Shown: positions 9,971 to 20,920 of the stretch, piece by piece
Position numbering within the stretch: position 1 is the stretch's first letter
Layout: every line of letters starts with the position of its first letter
Origin: Candidatus Latescibacterota bacterium
Lineage (GTDB): Bacteria; Latescibacterota; UBA2968; SICM01
Assembly: GCA_965217865.1 (NCBI GenBank)
Contig: CBDCJO010000001.1
Location: forward strand, 552,972 to 616,971
Length of the DNA stretch: 64,000 bases
Direction: 5' to 3'
Notes under the pieces: generated by a model
The model's input: only the letters and a program-made list of their open reading frames with translations
What the model was told of the DNA's origin: nothing
Database searches by the model: none
Program-made: the position numbers and the translations under genes

Positions 9971-10007
9971 ACCTTGAGGATATTCAGCTTCAACCTGGCG
10001 ATCATGC

Positions 10008-11558
10008 CTAATCCGCATTCACGACGGCTTTCTCCGTTTGCGAATGTAAAAAGGCATTGTGATCGTAATCGAGGGCTCCTTTCGGGAGCCACTCCCAGAA
10101 AGGCCCCAAGTCCACCCGAATCTTATCCAGGAAAAACCGAGGGAGTTGGGTTGTTTCCTGTTCGAAAAAGTCTCGGAACGGCTTATCGACATCCAGCCGG
10201 CGACGGATTTCAGAATAATATTTGATCCGGCCGACACCCTGGTTGGATCTCGCTCGTAAAACGTTCATCCATCTCCAATTTGTGGGTTGCATTCCTTTGT
10301 ATCGACGTACGATCGATCGCCACGAAAAAGTGTACTTGTTTATATCAATCATGTGTTCAAAGAACTGTGACCAGGTATAGTTCTTGGGCTTGACGTTCAT
10401 CGCCTCCTGCGTGTTCAGAAAATGAAACGGAAAGGGGAGAACCCGATTTTCCCGTTGATATTCGAGGTTAAGCGGGGCGGACTCCCCGAAAGCGGAAAGT
10501 AAACAAAAGGCAGGATAGGCCCCGGGTGCAAGGTCTACGAATAGCTTGGTTGCTTCAAACGGTTCCGGTCCGTCGTCGACATCCAGCCCGTGGACAAAGT
10601 TCGCTTGAAGATACGGGATGTAGCTCATCACCATATTGATATGATCCGAGACCAGACGTACTTTTTCCATCCCGACCCTTTTTCCGGTCTTCGATTTATT
10701 CCCCATGTCAAACCAGGACTCGATCCCCGGCATCATGACTTTGAAGCCGATTTTCTTGAGCCGCTTCAAACGGGCCTCTGAAAGCAGGGAGAGGCTGCTT
10801 TCCCCGTAATAATCGATGCTGCCCGGAGGAACGGCTTCCTCGATCGCGTCGATGCATTCATCGAACCGGACGCCGAAGTTTGGATCGTGCCAGCTAACGC
10901 GTGGGTGTTCGAACTTTGTCAAAAGAAAGCGCAGATCCTCTTTGATCACGTCGAATTCGAGCTGCTGGTAGGGAATGACCGAATCCGTACAGAAGCTGCA
11001 GGTATAGGGACAACCCAAGCTGCCGATCATCGGGACCATCTTAAGCATGGGCGCTTTTTTCAAAGTCGGTTCGATAAAATTCCAGCGCTCTTTTACGCCC
11101 GGAAGCTCGAGGGGCTGCTTCTCCGCAGATACTTGGAGCCCGAACGGCCGGTGTGGAGAACAATCCTCCAGGACATCCCGGATAACGGTTTTATCGGTGA
11201 ATCCGAAGACATAGTCGAAATATTTTGAGGCATCACCCGGAAAACCCCGGGCGTGGGGGCCGCCGATTGCCGTAACCGCACCTCGCGATTGGAACAGATT
11301 GCTCAGGGCATAGGCCAGCTGCGCCGTATGGGAATACGCGCCGATAAAGACAAGATCGACGTCGTCAGGAATTTCATTGATCAGGTCCTCAAACCCCGTA
11401 AAACACACAAACCTGACATCGTGGCCATCTTGTTCGCACCACGCGCCGATTACCTGGGGCATGATGCTCGTGAGGTTTGGATGCATGACCCGAGCCCACA
11501 ATGTGGTGGCGGGGGCTTTCGTAACCAGGTCGATAATTCCGACACGCAGCTTTTTCAT
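10008..11558 (-). CDS. B12-binding domain radical SAM protein
   Basis: 516 aa. N-terminal Rossmann-like B12-binding segment and CPYTCSFC (CxxxCxxC) cluster motif. Confidence 0.85.
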   Translation of the reverse strand: MKKLRVGIIDLVTKAPATTLWARVMHPNLTSIMPQVIGAWCEQDGHDVRFVCFTGFEDLINEIPDDVDLVFIGAYSHTAQLAYALSNLFQSRGAVTAIGGPHARGFPGDASKYFDYVFGFTDKTVIRDVLEDCSPHRPFGLQVSAEKQPLELPGVKERWNFIEPTLKKAPMLKMVPMIGSLGCPYTCSFCTDSVIPYQQLEFDVIKEDLRFLLTKFEHPRVSWHDPNFGVRFDECIDAIEEAVPPGSIDYYGESSLSLLSEARLKRLKKIGFKVMMPGIESWFDMGNKSKTGKRVGMEKVRLVSDHINMVMSYIPYLQANFVHGLDVDDGPEPFEATKLFVDLAPGAYPAFCLLSAFGESAPLNLEYQRENRVLPFPFHFLNTQEAMNVKPKNYTWSQFFEHMIDINKYTFSWRSIVRRYKGMQPTNWRWMNVLRARSNQGVGRIKYYSEIRRRLDVDKPFRDFFEQETTQLPRFFLDKIRVDLGPFWEWLPKGALDYDHNAFLHSQTEKAVVNAD

Positions 11559-12029
11559 TCTACCTCACACGATAAAGTGTTAGCTTACACCCCCGTCTCG
11601 ATCTGGAAAGACCGTTTACTGAGGTCGATCTCCTCAGAACAGATGTTGCAGGATTATTTAATCAGGATCGGGCCTCTTTGGCGGAAGTTTCTGGCAGGGA
11701 ATATGGCTTCCGACAACGGAGAGTTCTCTGAATGCTGAGCATAGGATATGCAAACAGCAGAGAAAAACTCCGGGGGGGACAATCCACCGGAGTCACGCGA
11801 GGGGTGTGCTATGCGGCGGGAAGGTGAGATCTAAATACGTTGCGTTATCCTGTGGTGCTTGAGGGTTAACGCCAACCAATGGGAGCGCCCCCACGACAAA
11901 CGCGCTTGAATAGCCTAACACCACTCCCTCCCGCGAACGAACGCTTTGATTAATCCAGTAAGGTCTGATCAGAAAAGTCGCATCTCAGGTTAGACCACGC
12001 AAACCTTTACCGTTTTTCTCTCTCGAGAA

Positions 12030-12230
12030 TTACTTCTGAAATCGCTGAGATTTCTGCCGCCTGCGTGTAGAGCGCTGTTGTTTCATCTTGCGGACTTCGG
12101 CCTGAGTCATGAAATAGCGTTTGCGCTTCATCTCCGTGAGAAGGCCGGACCTTTTTACCTTCGTACTGAACCTTCTCAGAACCTTCTCGATGGGTTCTTC
12201 GCTTCGCATTTTGATTCCAATATGTCCCAC
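12030..12230 (-). CDS. rpsU: 30S ribosomal protein S21
   Basis: 66 aa, very basic. Has ...EEPIEKVLRRFSTKVKRSGLL..., the S21 pattern. GTG start with GAGGAGGGG just upstream. Confidence 0.85.
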   Translation of the reverse strand: MGHIGIKMRSEEPIEKVLRRFSTKVKRSGLLTEMKRKRYFMTQAEVRKMKQQRSTRRRQKSQRFQK

Positions 12231-12252
12231 AATCCCCTCCTCGCCATTAGGA

Positions 12253-14007
12253 TTACTCTGTAATGATATCTTTGAACGTCTTCCCCGACGGAATCATGGG
12301 CAGGACGTGTTCCTGATGGGGAACGATCACATCCAAAACATAGGCCGTCTTGGACGAGAGCATCTCCCCTATCCCGTCGGCAAGTTCCTCTTTTTTGACC
12401 ATCCTGCGGGCCGGGATGCGAAATCCCTCACAGATCGAAACCAGATCGGGATAGATGCCCTCCCTCGACGGATCACCGATGAAGGTGTGGCCCCTGTTGC
12501 TCGCGTAAAACCGGTCCTCCCACTGTACGACCATTCCGAGGTGCTGGTTGTTGATGACACACACCTTCACGGGGATGTCGTCCGCGTAGGCCGAGGCCAG
12601 TTCCTGTACGTTCATGATGAAACTTCCGTCGCCGTCGATGTCGATCACCTCGCGATCCGGACACGCCAATTTCGCCCCGATGGCCGACGGAAGTCCAAAG
12701 CCCATCGCCCCGAGTCCGCCTGAGGTGATCCACCGTCTGGGGTCTACAAACTTGTAGTACTGCGCAGCCCACATCTGATGCTGCCCGACGCCCGTGGTAA
12801 TAATCGCCTCCCCGTCCGTCATCTCGTAGAGCAACTGAATCGCATACTGAGGCATGATCGCTCCGTCGATCTCCTTGTAACTGAAAGGATACCGCTCCCG
12901 CTGTTCATCAAGCTCCGCGTGCCAGGCGCTGTAATCTCCACCCTCAACAATCTGGTTGAGGATTTCGAGCGCGGGCTTCAGGTCCCCCAGTATCGGGATG
13001 TGAGCGGGTTTATTCTTGTTCAGTTCCGAGGCATCGATATCGATATGCACGATCTTCGCATTTTTCGCGAATTCGGACAGCAACCCCGTTACGCGGTCAT
13101 CAAACCTCACCCCCAAGGCTAGGAGAAGATCTGCACGGTCGAGCGCATAATTGGCGTAGACCGAACCGTGCATTCCGACCATCTGCAGGGAGAGGGGATG
13201 GGTCTCGGGAAAAACACCCAGACCCATCAGGGTGGTCGTAATCGGAATGTTCGTCTTCGTGGCGAGTTCGGTTATCTCGCGATGCGCGTCCGAGGCGACG
13301 ACTCCCCCGCCGGCGTAGATGACCGGTTTTTTCGCCTCTTTGATGGCCTCCGCGACCATCTCGATCTGCTCGCGGTTCGCCCTCACGTGCGGATTGTACC
13401 CGCGGAAGCTTATCTCGTCCGGGTAGTCCGGTACGATTTCACTCTGCTGAATGTCCTTCGGGATATCCACAAGCACCGGCCCGGGACGACCTGTGCGTGC
13501 GATGTAGAACGCCTCTTTCACGACGCGTGGGATATCCTCCACTTTATCGACCAGGTAGTTGTGTTTTGTGATCTGCCGGGTGATCTCGACCGTCGGGGTT
13601 TCCTGGAAAGCGTCCTTCCCGATCACCTTTGTACCCACCTGACCCGTGATGCACACGATCGGGACGGAATCCATCTTCGCATCCGCGATCCCCGTCACCA
13701 GATTGGTCGCACCGGGGCCGGATGTGGCGACACACACGCCGACCTTTCCGGATGCCTTGGCATAACCCTCAGCGGAAAACACCTCCCCCTGCTCGTGTCG
13801 GGCAAGGATGACCCGGATATTCGAACGGGTTAGGGCTTGGTGGATCTCCATGCTGGCCCCGCCCGGGTATCCGAAAATGACCTCGACCCCTTCCCGGACC
13901 AGCGCTCCGACCAGGATATCGGCCCCGCGTTGCTTCTTCTGGGATTTTGGTTGTCCTTCACTCAGAAGGCCAGGGTCAGGTTGTCGGGCCGTTTTCGCCG
14001 TGGGCAT
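12253..14007 (-). CDS. ilvB: acetolactate synthase (acetohydroxyacid synthase) large subunit
   Basis: 584 aa. ThDP-enzyme pattern [23 protein letters not shown]..., [13 protein letters not shown], and C-terminal [15 protein letters not shown]. Confidence 0.9.
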   Translation of the reverse strand: MPTAKTARQPDPGLLSEGQPKSQKKQRGADILVGALVREGVEVIFGYPGGASMEIHQALTRSNIRVILARHEQGEVFSAEGYAKASGKVGVCVATSGPGATNLVTGIADAKMDSVPIVCITGQVGTKVIGKDAFQETPTVEITRQITKHNYLVDKVEDIPRVVKEAFYIARTGRPGPVLVDIPKDIQQSEIVPDYPDEISFRGYNPHVRANREQIEMVAEAIKEAKKPVIYAGGGVVASDAHREITELATKTNIPITTTLMGLGVFPETHPLSLQMVGMHGSVYANYALDRADLLLALGVRFDDRVTGLLSEFAKNAKIVHIDIDASELNKNKPAHIPILGDLKPALEILNQIVEGGDYSAWHAELDEQRERYPFSYKEIDGAIMPQYAIQLLYEMTDGEAIITTGVGQHQMWAAQYYKFVDPRRWITSGGLGAMGFGLPSAIGAKLACPDREVIDIDGDGSFIMNVQELASAYADDIPVKVCVINNQHLGMVVQWEDRFYASNRGHTFIGDPSREGIYPDLVSICEGFRIPARRMVKKEELADGIGEMLSSKTAYVLDVIVPHQEHVLPMIPSGKTFKDIITE

Positions 14008-14303
14008 CCTTCATCGTCTCCTTGTGGTAAAAAGAAGGATTTTTTTAAGCATCTATTAATATTACGGTTTTATCCACTTGAAGTCAACGACTATTTCGAA
14101 CAAAAACGGGCCCCCGGTTCAGGCCTTCTCCCCCGCGGAAAAAGGAATTCAATGCCCTTCATCATCTTGACATTCCCATACAAATCGCTTATTATTAAGC
14201 GGTTCCGCTTATACCTAAAACCCCGCCTTTCCTCTTCGCCCAGGCATGATCTCTTTCCCTGCTCCCCTCTCTGATTACACGCGTGAATACTGAAGACCGC
14301 ATC

Positions 14304-16466
14304 ATGAATTCTGAAGACCACACGGAAAGGCTCCAAGGCGTCATAGAGCGGATCACCTACCGGGTCGAGGACACGGGCTACACCGTTGCCCGATTCCGCC
14401 CGAAAGGAAAAGGGGGGGGTATCGTCACAATCGTAGGTAACCTGGCCTCGGTAAACCCCGGCGAGAGCCTGATCCTGGATGGGGAGTGGTCCAAACACGC
14501 CCAGTACGGTCGGCAGTTCAAAGTCGTCACCAGTCGGACAGTCTATCCCACGACGCTGGAAGGGATCCGAAAGTACCTGGGGTCCGGCCTGATCAAAGGT
14601 GTGGGACCGGTCACCGCGGGCAGAATCGTCGATTACTTCGGAGAAGAAACCCTGGAAATCATCGAGAAGACACCTTCGCGGCTGACCAAGGTGGAAGGGC
14701 TTGGTCGCAAACGCGTCGAGATAATCCAGAGGGCATGGGAAGCCCAGCGGGAAATCAAAGAAGTCATGCTTTTCCTCCAGTCCCACGAGGTGAGCACGGG
14801 CCACGCGACGAAGATCTGGAAACACTACGGCAATTCCGCCATCTCCCTGGTGCGGGAGAACCCCTACCGCCTCGCAGACGATATATGGGGCTTCGGGTTC
14901 CTGACGGCGGACCGTATCGCACAGAAACTAGGCGTGGAGGCGCGCTCCGAGAAACGGATCCGGGCTGGGATTCGGTACGTGTTGGGCATGGCTGCGGATA
15001 ACGATGGGCACGTCTTTCTCCCCCTTGTGGAACTCACACGCAGGTGTTCCGAGGACCTCGATGTGGATGCCGACCTGGTTTCCCCCTGCCTTGAGACCCT
15101 CGAAGCCGAGGACGGGGTGATCGTCGAAGAGGATCGCATCTACATCCCCCCTCTTCGCCACGCGGAGCAGGGGGTGGCCACGCGCGTCCATCAGCTCACA
15201 TCCATCGCCAGGATCGAGACCGGTGATCTGAATGCCGAGATCGCAGCGGTTGAACGGAAGACCTCCATATCTTTCGCCGCGGGTCAGAAGGATGCTCTGA
15301 AGAAGTCCCTTTCCCACGGACTGCTGGTCATCACCGGTGGTCCTGGCACGGGCAAGACCACGACGATCATCGGAATACTCTCCCTTTTCGAGCGAAGGAA
15401 CAAACGGACCGCACTGGCCGCACCCACGGGTCGCGCCGCCCGGCGAATGACCGAAGCCACAGGCCGCGAAGCGAGAACGATCCATCGGCTTCTGAAATTC
15501 AACCCCCAGAGGATGTCTTTCGAACACGACGCCCACCATCCGCTCGAGGTAGACGCCCTGATCGTCGACGAGGTGTCGATGATCGATGTCGTACTTCTGA
15601 ACAGCCTCCTTCGCGCGGTACCGCTGACAGCGACCGTCGTCCTAGTGGGAGATGTGGACCAGCTCCCTTCTGTCGGTCCGGGAAACTGTCTCCGGGACCT
15701 GATCGGATCAGAGAGCGTCCCGGTCGTCGTCCTGAACGAGATCTTCAGGCAGGCTCAACAGAGCCGGATCGTCACGAATGCGCATAGGATCAACATCGGG
15801 GAGCTCCCTGAGATGCAACCCCAGAAAGACGCCGATTTCTTCTTCATCGAAGAGGAGGATCCCGCTCGCATCGCCGAGACGATCAAGGGCCTTTGCACGG
15901 TCCGCCTTCCCAAGACATACGGTCTGGATCCGATCCAGGATATCCAGGTACTCTCCCCGATGTACCGCGGGGAAACCGGGGCCACACATCTTAACGCCCT
16001 TCTCCAGGGATCCCTCAATCCCTTCGGTCCTTCCGTTCAGCGAGGGGATACCGCATTCCGGGTCGGGGACAAAGTGATGCAGGTCCGTAACGACTACACC
16101 CAGGATGTGTTCAACGGAGATCTCGGCGTGGTCTCAAAAATCGACCTCGAAGAAGGGTCACTCGAGGCCGCGTTTCCGCACCGCATCGAATACGACGTGT
16201 CGGACCTGGATAAGCTGGTGCTTGCGTATGCCATCAGCTGTCACAAAAGCCAGGGGTCCGAATACAAGGCGGTGGTGATGCCCATAACAACACAGCACTA
16301 TACCATGCTACAACGCAACCTCCTGTACACCGCCGTTACCCGCGCCCGGATGCTCGTGGTCCTGGTCGGCACACGGAAGGCCCTGGCCATCGCGGTCAAA
16401 AACAACAGCGTCGACGCACGCTACACATCATTGGTCGAAAAAATCCGGGAGAGGAACCCCGAATAG
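14304..16466 (+). CDS. recD2: SF1B RecD2-type ATP-dependent DNA helicase
   Basis: ~720 aa. N-terminal OB-like ERITYRVEDTGYTVARF, Walker A GGPGTGKTT, LIVDEVSM, VGDVDQLPSVGPG, and C-terminal YAISCHKSQGSE. Confidence 0.9.
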   Translation: MNSEDHTERLQGVIERITYRVEDTGYTVARFRPKGKGGGIVTIVGNLASVNPGESLILDGEWSKHAQYGRQFKVVTSRTVYPTTLEGIRKYLGSGLIKGVGPVTAGRIVDYFGEETLEIIEKTPSRLTKVEGLGRKRVEIIQRAWEAQREIKEVMLFLQSHEVSTGHATKIWKHYGNSAISLVRENPYRLADDIWGFGFLTADRIAQKLGVEARSEKRIRAGIRYVLGMAADNDGHVFLPLVELTRRCSEDLDVDADLVSPCLETLEAEDGVIVEEDRIYIPPLRHAEQGVATRVHQLTSIARIETGDLNAEIAAVERKTSISFAAGQKDALKKSLSHGLLVITGGPGTGKTTTIIGILSLFERRNKRTALAAPTGRAARRMTEATGREARTIHRLLKFNPQRMSFEHDAHHPLEVDALIVDEVSMIDVVLLNSLLRAVPLTATVVLVGDVDQLPSVGPGNCLRDLIGSESVPVVVLNEIFRQAQQSRIVTNAHRINIGELPEMQPQKDADFFFIEEEDPARIAETIKGLCTVRLPKTYGLDPIQDIQVLSPMYRGETGATHLNALLQGSLNPFGPSVQRGDTAFRVGDKVMQVRNDYTQDVFNGDLGVVSKIDLEEGSLEAAFPHRIEYDVSDLDKLVLAYAISCHKSQGSEYKAVVMPITTQHYTMLQRNLLYTAVTRARMLVVLVGTRKALAIAVKNNSVDARYTSLVEKIRERNPE

Positions 16467-16536
16467 GTGAACGTTCCCCCTTGCTTCCCTGCAGGTAGAT
16501 GGAAAACGAAATTCCTCTCCGATGACACCATCCCCG

Positions 16537-16564
16537 AATAAAAAAGGGCGGCCTATGGCCGCCC
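16537..16564 (-). terminator. Rho-independent terminator for the radical SAM gene
   Basis: On the minus strand, GGGCGGCC-ata-GGCCGCCC is followed by TTTTTTATT. Confidence 0.6.
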
Positions 16565-16594
16565 TTGAACGTGTTGATCGCCGGGGTGATCCGG

Positions 16595-18451
16595 CTATGG
16601 GGCTCTCTGCGGAAGGACACCATCATCCGGGACATAGGAATCGAGGATCCCCTGGATTTCCCCCTGGAATTTTTCCAGGGACCCCTGGACTTGATGGCGG
16701 AACTCCTCCCGGACCGTATGATAATATTCCTGCGCGGCCATCCGGAGGACCTCTGCGTTGTGATGCAGCGTCCTCCTGCGATCGTCCTGAAAATCCTCGA
16801 ACCGGGCGTGTATGGCCTGCATGAAACGGCTGGCGTACGCCCCCACGTTTCGTTGAAAGGCCTCGCGGGTGCCCTCGCGAAAACGCTCCAGGTGCTCCAG
16901 CGCCTCGGAGAAAAACGACTTCATCTCGTCCACGTGAAGCGCCTGTTGGGTGGTCAGGATCAGATGATGGCCCTGAACGGCGAGGCGTATCGCATCCGGA
17001 AAACTCTTCGGATGACTCCGAAGGGTCCGGAACATGAACTTCCAGTACTCCAATCGGTAATGTCCGGCGAGGCCCTGCCGCCAGAGCGACCTGAACAAGG
17101 CCTTGATCTCCGTCCCGGTGATCGGCATCTTGCTGATCGGGAACCGCGTCCGATTATCGAAAAAGGTCGAACAGCGTTCAAAAAAGATTTTGGGACTGTT
17201 CAGGGTCTCGACAGCGGTTCGGTGTCGATCCAGAAGCTCTTTTGGATCCATAACCGGCACATAGCTCAACTCCCGGTTGAAAATCCCGGAATCGCCCGTA
17301 TATTTGGCCCCCTGGACCAGACGCCCAGCACGGCCGAAACGCTTATAATCCGGCGTGTCGCGCAGGACGCCCAGGATCCCCACCATAGCAACCGGAATCC
17401 CGGCCTCCCGAATAAACGCGATCGTTCGATCGGCGATGTCGTCCGGGTCCGTATCGAGTCCCATGATGAACCCGGCCTGGACTTCAAACCCCGTCCGTTG
17501 CAAAATCCGGACCTTGTCCAGGAGCGGAGCCCCCCCCTGCAGGTTCTTCTGCGCCCCCATAAACTTCAAACTCTCCTCCACCGGGGATTCGATGCCGGCG
17601 AACACCTTGTCGAACCCCGCCTGGTACATCGCCTCCAGGAGATCGGGATCATCGCTCAACCGGATGCTGGCCTGCGTGTGAAACTGAAACGGGTAGTCCC
17701 GCTCCCTCTGCCAGGGAATGACCTCCTCCTCCATTGCCGCGCGAATCTTATCCCGGTTTCCGACAAAGTTGTCGTCCACGGCCATGACCGCCCCGCGCCA
17801 ACCCTCGTGGTAGAGGGCATCCAGCTCCTCAATGATCCTGCTCTTTCCCTTGACCCGGGTATCCTTCCCGTATAGGGATGGAATATTGCAAAATGTGCAA
17901 CTTTCCGGACAGCCCCGGGTCATCTGGATGACCATGTTGCTGTAGTCGTGCAGGTCGATCAGATCCCATCGGGGTAAAGGCGTCAGGGCTAGATCTCGAA
18001 ACTTTCCCCTTCGATCAATAGTTTCCCGCTCCGTCGAACCCGGATCGGAAATCATCCGCTCCACGACATCCAGGAACCCGTTCTCCGCCTCACCCAGATA
18101 GAATACCCCGTTGCCCTCAATCTCATCGTAATACTGGGTGGGCAGGGGTCCCCCGTTAAGTACAGGCACGCCGTAAGCGTTGCATCTCGCCATGATCTCT
18201 TCGAGGGATTGCCAGTGAATGATCATCGACGAAGTGATCACGATATCTGCCCATTCGAGATCCTCGTCCCGAAGCGGGGTCACATTGATATCCACCAATC
18301 GGAGCGTGTAGCTTTCAGGGGGCATCATGCCCGCGATCGTCAGCAAACCCAGAGGCGGAAAGGCAGACTTCTTACTGACCATTTTAAGGGCTTCGTCGAA
18401 ACTCCAGAATGTAATTGGGTTTTTCGGACAGGTCAGCAGGGCATTTGGCAT
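16595..18451 (-). CDS. B12-binding domain radical SAM protein with long C-terminal extension (DUF4070-like)
   Basis: 618 aa. B12-binding N-domain, radical SAM motif GCPESCTFC, helical C-terminal ~200 aa. Confidence 0.85.
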   Translation of the reverse strand: MPNALLTCPKNPITFWSFDEALKMVSKKSAFPPLGLLTIAGMMPPESYTLRLVDINVTPLRDEDLEWADIVITSSMIIHWQSLEEIMARCNAYGVPVLNGGPLPTQYYDEIEGNGVFYLGEAENGFLDVVERMISDPGSTERETIDRRGKFRDLALTPLPRWDLIDLHDYSNMVIQMTRGCPESCTFCNIPSLYGKDTRVKGKSRIIEELDALYHEGWRGAVMAVDDNFVGNRDKIRAAMEEEVIPWQRERDYPFQFHTQASIRLSDDPDLLEAMYQAGFDKVFAGIESPVEESLKFMGAQKNLQGGAPLLDKVRILQRTGFEVQAGFIMGLDTDPDDIADRTIAFIREAGIPVAMVGILGVLRDTPDYKRFGRAGRLVQGAKYTGDSGIFNRELSYVPVMDPKELLDRHRTAVETLNSPKIFFERCSTFFDNRTRFPISKMPITGTEIKALFRSLWRQGLAGHYRLEYWKFMFRTLRSHPKSFPDAIRLAVQGHHLILTTQQALHVDEMKSFFSEALEHLERFREGTREAFQRNVGAYASRFMQAIHARFEDFQDDRRRTLHHNAEVLRMAAQEYYHTVREEFRHQVQGSLEKFQGEIQGILDSYVPDDGVLPQRAP

Positions 18452-18632
18452 GTCATTCTCCCGTTACCGGCTTGAACTTCGACATTCCGGAGGCCTTCTG
18501 AAACGCCGGAATGAAAAGGAGAAAGGCGCGTTGGGAAAGAGGATGGAAAGATGGTTCACACAGACGCGTGCAAATGTAGCATAAGCATAACCAGAACGGG
18601 AACTTGAGTCAAGGAAATTTCGAAAAGGTTCA

Positions 18633-20357
18633 TTAAAACAGGTGGTTCATGCGGATATGAACCATACCCCCACCCAGACCCTCGTCCTGTCCGAACCCGA
18701 CATCCACCCCAACGACCCCCGCCCGGGAATCCGTGCGCAGGCCTGCGCCGTAACCCGTACGGTAGAGCGTCATCCCCCTGACCTCCGGGCCGAACGCCAA
18801 CCGGTCTGAAATCACCCCCGAATCCAGAAAGAGAAACACCCGAGATCGCCTCCCGATCAGGAATCGGTGTTCAACCCCGCCCCACAGAGCCCTGACCCCA
18901 GCGAACTGCTCCTCCCGATAGCCCCTCAGGGAAGACGCACCGCCGAGCCGCAGTTTTTCACTCAGGGGAGCAACGGCTTCTCCGGTGTGGATCCCCCGAA
19001 AATGAGCCATCACCGCGATGGTCTGACCCTTGAAAATCGGGAAAAATCGCTCCGCGTCCCCCTCAAGGCTCCAGCGGTTGACCCTCCTGTTTGTCCCCGG
19101 GAACGATGCGCGGCCGAAAGACCCGGCGGCTTTGATGAAGCTCCCTTTCCTAGGGTTGTTGGGGTGGTCCCGGGTCTCATACGAAAGCCCCATCATGCTC
19201 CGCCACGTCCGACTCCGGGGAGCAAGCCCCAGACCCAAAGAGTCGGGGGAGACCTGATCCCATCCGGATTCAACCTCCAGCCCAAACGCACCTGTCAGCG
19301 GAATACGGACGCCGAATCCGACCCCGGCCGAGACATAGCCCGGCCGCTGAAGCAACTCAAACCGGAACCTTCCCGCAAGGGGCGTCGAACCGATCCAAGG
19401 CTCATCGTAATGAAAGATCAGGTCGGATGCCGAGGGCCCCCTCCGGTCCCATCGGATTGAAGCGCGACGACCCGTCCCCGCCAGGTTTCGAAATGACAGG
19501 TCCACCCGGCCCGCCATGTAGCCTCCCCCGCTTTCCGCGCCCGGCACGTACCCGACGACCCCATCGATCTGGTTGGCTCTCCCCTCCTCGACCTCGAGGG
19601 ACAGGTGGACCGAATCGTTTTCAGGTTTGTGCATCAGCTTCACATCGCCGACCCGATCGAAGAGGCCGGACCGGATCAATCGACTCCGTCCGCGATCGAC
19701 CCGGCTCTGGTCATAGAGCTCCCCGACACTGAGGCCCATCATTCGCCAAAGAACATCCGACCGCGTGGACCTGGCTCCGGACACCTTCAACCCGCCGACT
19801 TGAACGGACGGACCCTGTTCGATCCTCAGCGAGAGATCGACCACCCCGTTCGAATCGGGGACCCCGATTGTCGGGTAAACGGCACAGAAAGGATAACCTC
19901 TGTTCTCGTAGCTGCGGAGGATATTTTCGATATCCGCTTCAAACCGGTCCGGCCGGAACACCGCTCCCAACTTCGTTTCAAACCCGTCAAGGACATCGGG
20001 AGACACCGACGCCGCAAGATGGATGCGGCGGACTCGAATCCGGGGTCCCTCCCGAAGCGGAAAGACCACCTCGCAGCGACCATTTCCTTGAGTGACTACG
20101 GGAAAATCCACCTCTGCGAGGTACCGTCCGGCCCTCCGGCAATGGTCCAAAATCCGTTCCACATCCCGATGAAGGAAGAGACTATCCAGGACCGCTCCCG
20201 GCCTGGTTTCCAGGCTGTTTTGGAGATCGGTAACCGAAAGATCCCGTCCCCCCTCGATCCGAACCGAAGTGATCACTGGAGACTCTGCGAATACCGGGGG
20301 TACTGCGTGAAAAAGCAGAAGGGGCCAGAAAGTCAAGCATATATGGAATGGTCTCAT
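18633..20357 (-). CDS. BamA/TamA-family outer-membrane protein (POTRA + Omp85 barrel)
   Basis: The track ORF (to 20720) has a non-secretory N-terminus. The internal Met at 20357 gives the signal peptide MRPFHICLTFWPLLLFHAVPPVFA, followed by POTRA-like repeats and a beta-barrel ending in ...NHLF. Confidence 0.8.
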   Translation of the reverse strand: MRPFHICLTFWPLLLFHAVPPVFAESPVITSVRIEGGRDLSVTDLQNSLETRPGAVLDSLFLHRDVERILDHCRRAGRYLAEVDFPVVTQGNGRCEVVFPLREGPRIRVRRIHLAASVSPDVLDGFETKLGAVFRPDRFEADIENILRSYENRGYPFCAVYPTIGVPDSNGVVDLSLRIEQGPSVQVGGLKVSGARSTRSDVLWRMMGLSVGELYDQSRVDRGRSRLIRSGLFDRVGDVKLMHKPENDSVHLSLEVEEGRANQIDGVVGYVPGAESGGGYMAGRVDLSFRNLAGTGRRASIRWDRRGPSASDLIFHYDEPWIGSTPLAGRFRFELLQRPGYVSAGVGFGVRIPLTGAFGLEVESGWDQVSPDSLGLGLAPRSRTWRSMMGLSYETRDHPNNPRKGSFIKAAGSFGRASFPGTNRRVNRWSLEGDAERFFPIFKGQTIAVMAHFRGIHTGEAVAPLSEKLRLGGASSLRGYREEQFAGVRALWGGVEHRFLIGRRSRVFLFLDSGVISDRLAFGPEVRGMTLYRTGYGAGLRTDSRAGVVGVDVGFGQDEGLGGGMVHIRMNHLF

Positions 20358-20432
20358 AGAGCAGAGTATAGCCGAACCCCGGGTTATTCGCAAATTTTTT
20401 TCACAATAACTCTCTCTCACAGGAGGCTCAGG

Positions 20433-20920
20433 ATGGGAAGATATTCGAAACAGGCCTGGAAAGGCAAGCATCTTTTTATGGGTATCGATCTTCATCGCAA
20501 AAGTTGGCACGTGACAATTCGTTCCGAAGACGGTTTGGTCCTTTTTTCCAACAACATTGGTGGCCGTTGGGAGGACCTGGAGCGATTGTTGTCCCGGTTC
20601 TCCGACGCGGGACAGATCTCGGTCGTCTACGAGGCAGGGTATTTTGGGTTTTGGGTATATGATCGTCTGATCGACTATGGGGTAGATGCGCGGGTTACGC
20701 CGCCTCATATGATTTCTCAACGCTCTGGTAGTCGGGTGAAAAATGATCGTCTGGATAGCGGGAAGTTAGCCGGGTTCCTACAGTCTGGCCATTTGGAGGC
20801 CGTATATGTTCCGACTTTGGAAGAGCGAGCGCACCGGCAAGTGTCCAGACGTCGTCGTCAGTCCATCGGCAATCGGGTTCGGGTTCAAAACCGGATCAAA
20901 GCAGAGCTTCGGGTGAATGG
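20433..20920 (+). pseudogene. IS110-family transposase, N-terminal fragment
   Basis: AGGAGG RBS then MGRYSKQAWKGKHLFMGIDLHRKSWHV...VVYEAGYFGFW...VKNDRLDS (DEDD-type IS110 N-domain). It breaks off at ~20920, where an unrelated minus-strand ORF abuts. Confidence 0.8.

Noticed and set aside
11740-12030. Possible tmRNA, RNase P RNA or cobalamin riboswitch in the rpsU-rSAM spacer.
   Set aside because: No GGGGCUGA-type 5' end, T-arm GGTTCGAATCC, tag ORF ending in hydrophobic residues, GAGGAAAGUCC (RNase P) or B12-box-like GCCACTG core could be found on either strand. Kept only as a low-interest open question.
16565-17875. Long + strand ORF (436 aa) antisense to the radical SAM gene. Similar cases are 19605-21308 (+, 567 aa), 150-707 (+), 1053-1523 (+), 25225-26121 (+, 298 aa) and 59357-60394 (+, 345 aa).
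   Set aside because: All lie opposite ORFs with clear family motifs. They are Arg/Pro/Gly/Ser-rich low-complexity translations typical of stop-poor antisense frames in GC-rich DNA. The 567-aa one merely concatenates the antisense of the BamA-family gene with the IS110 fragment and the antisense of the Abi_C fragment.
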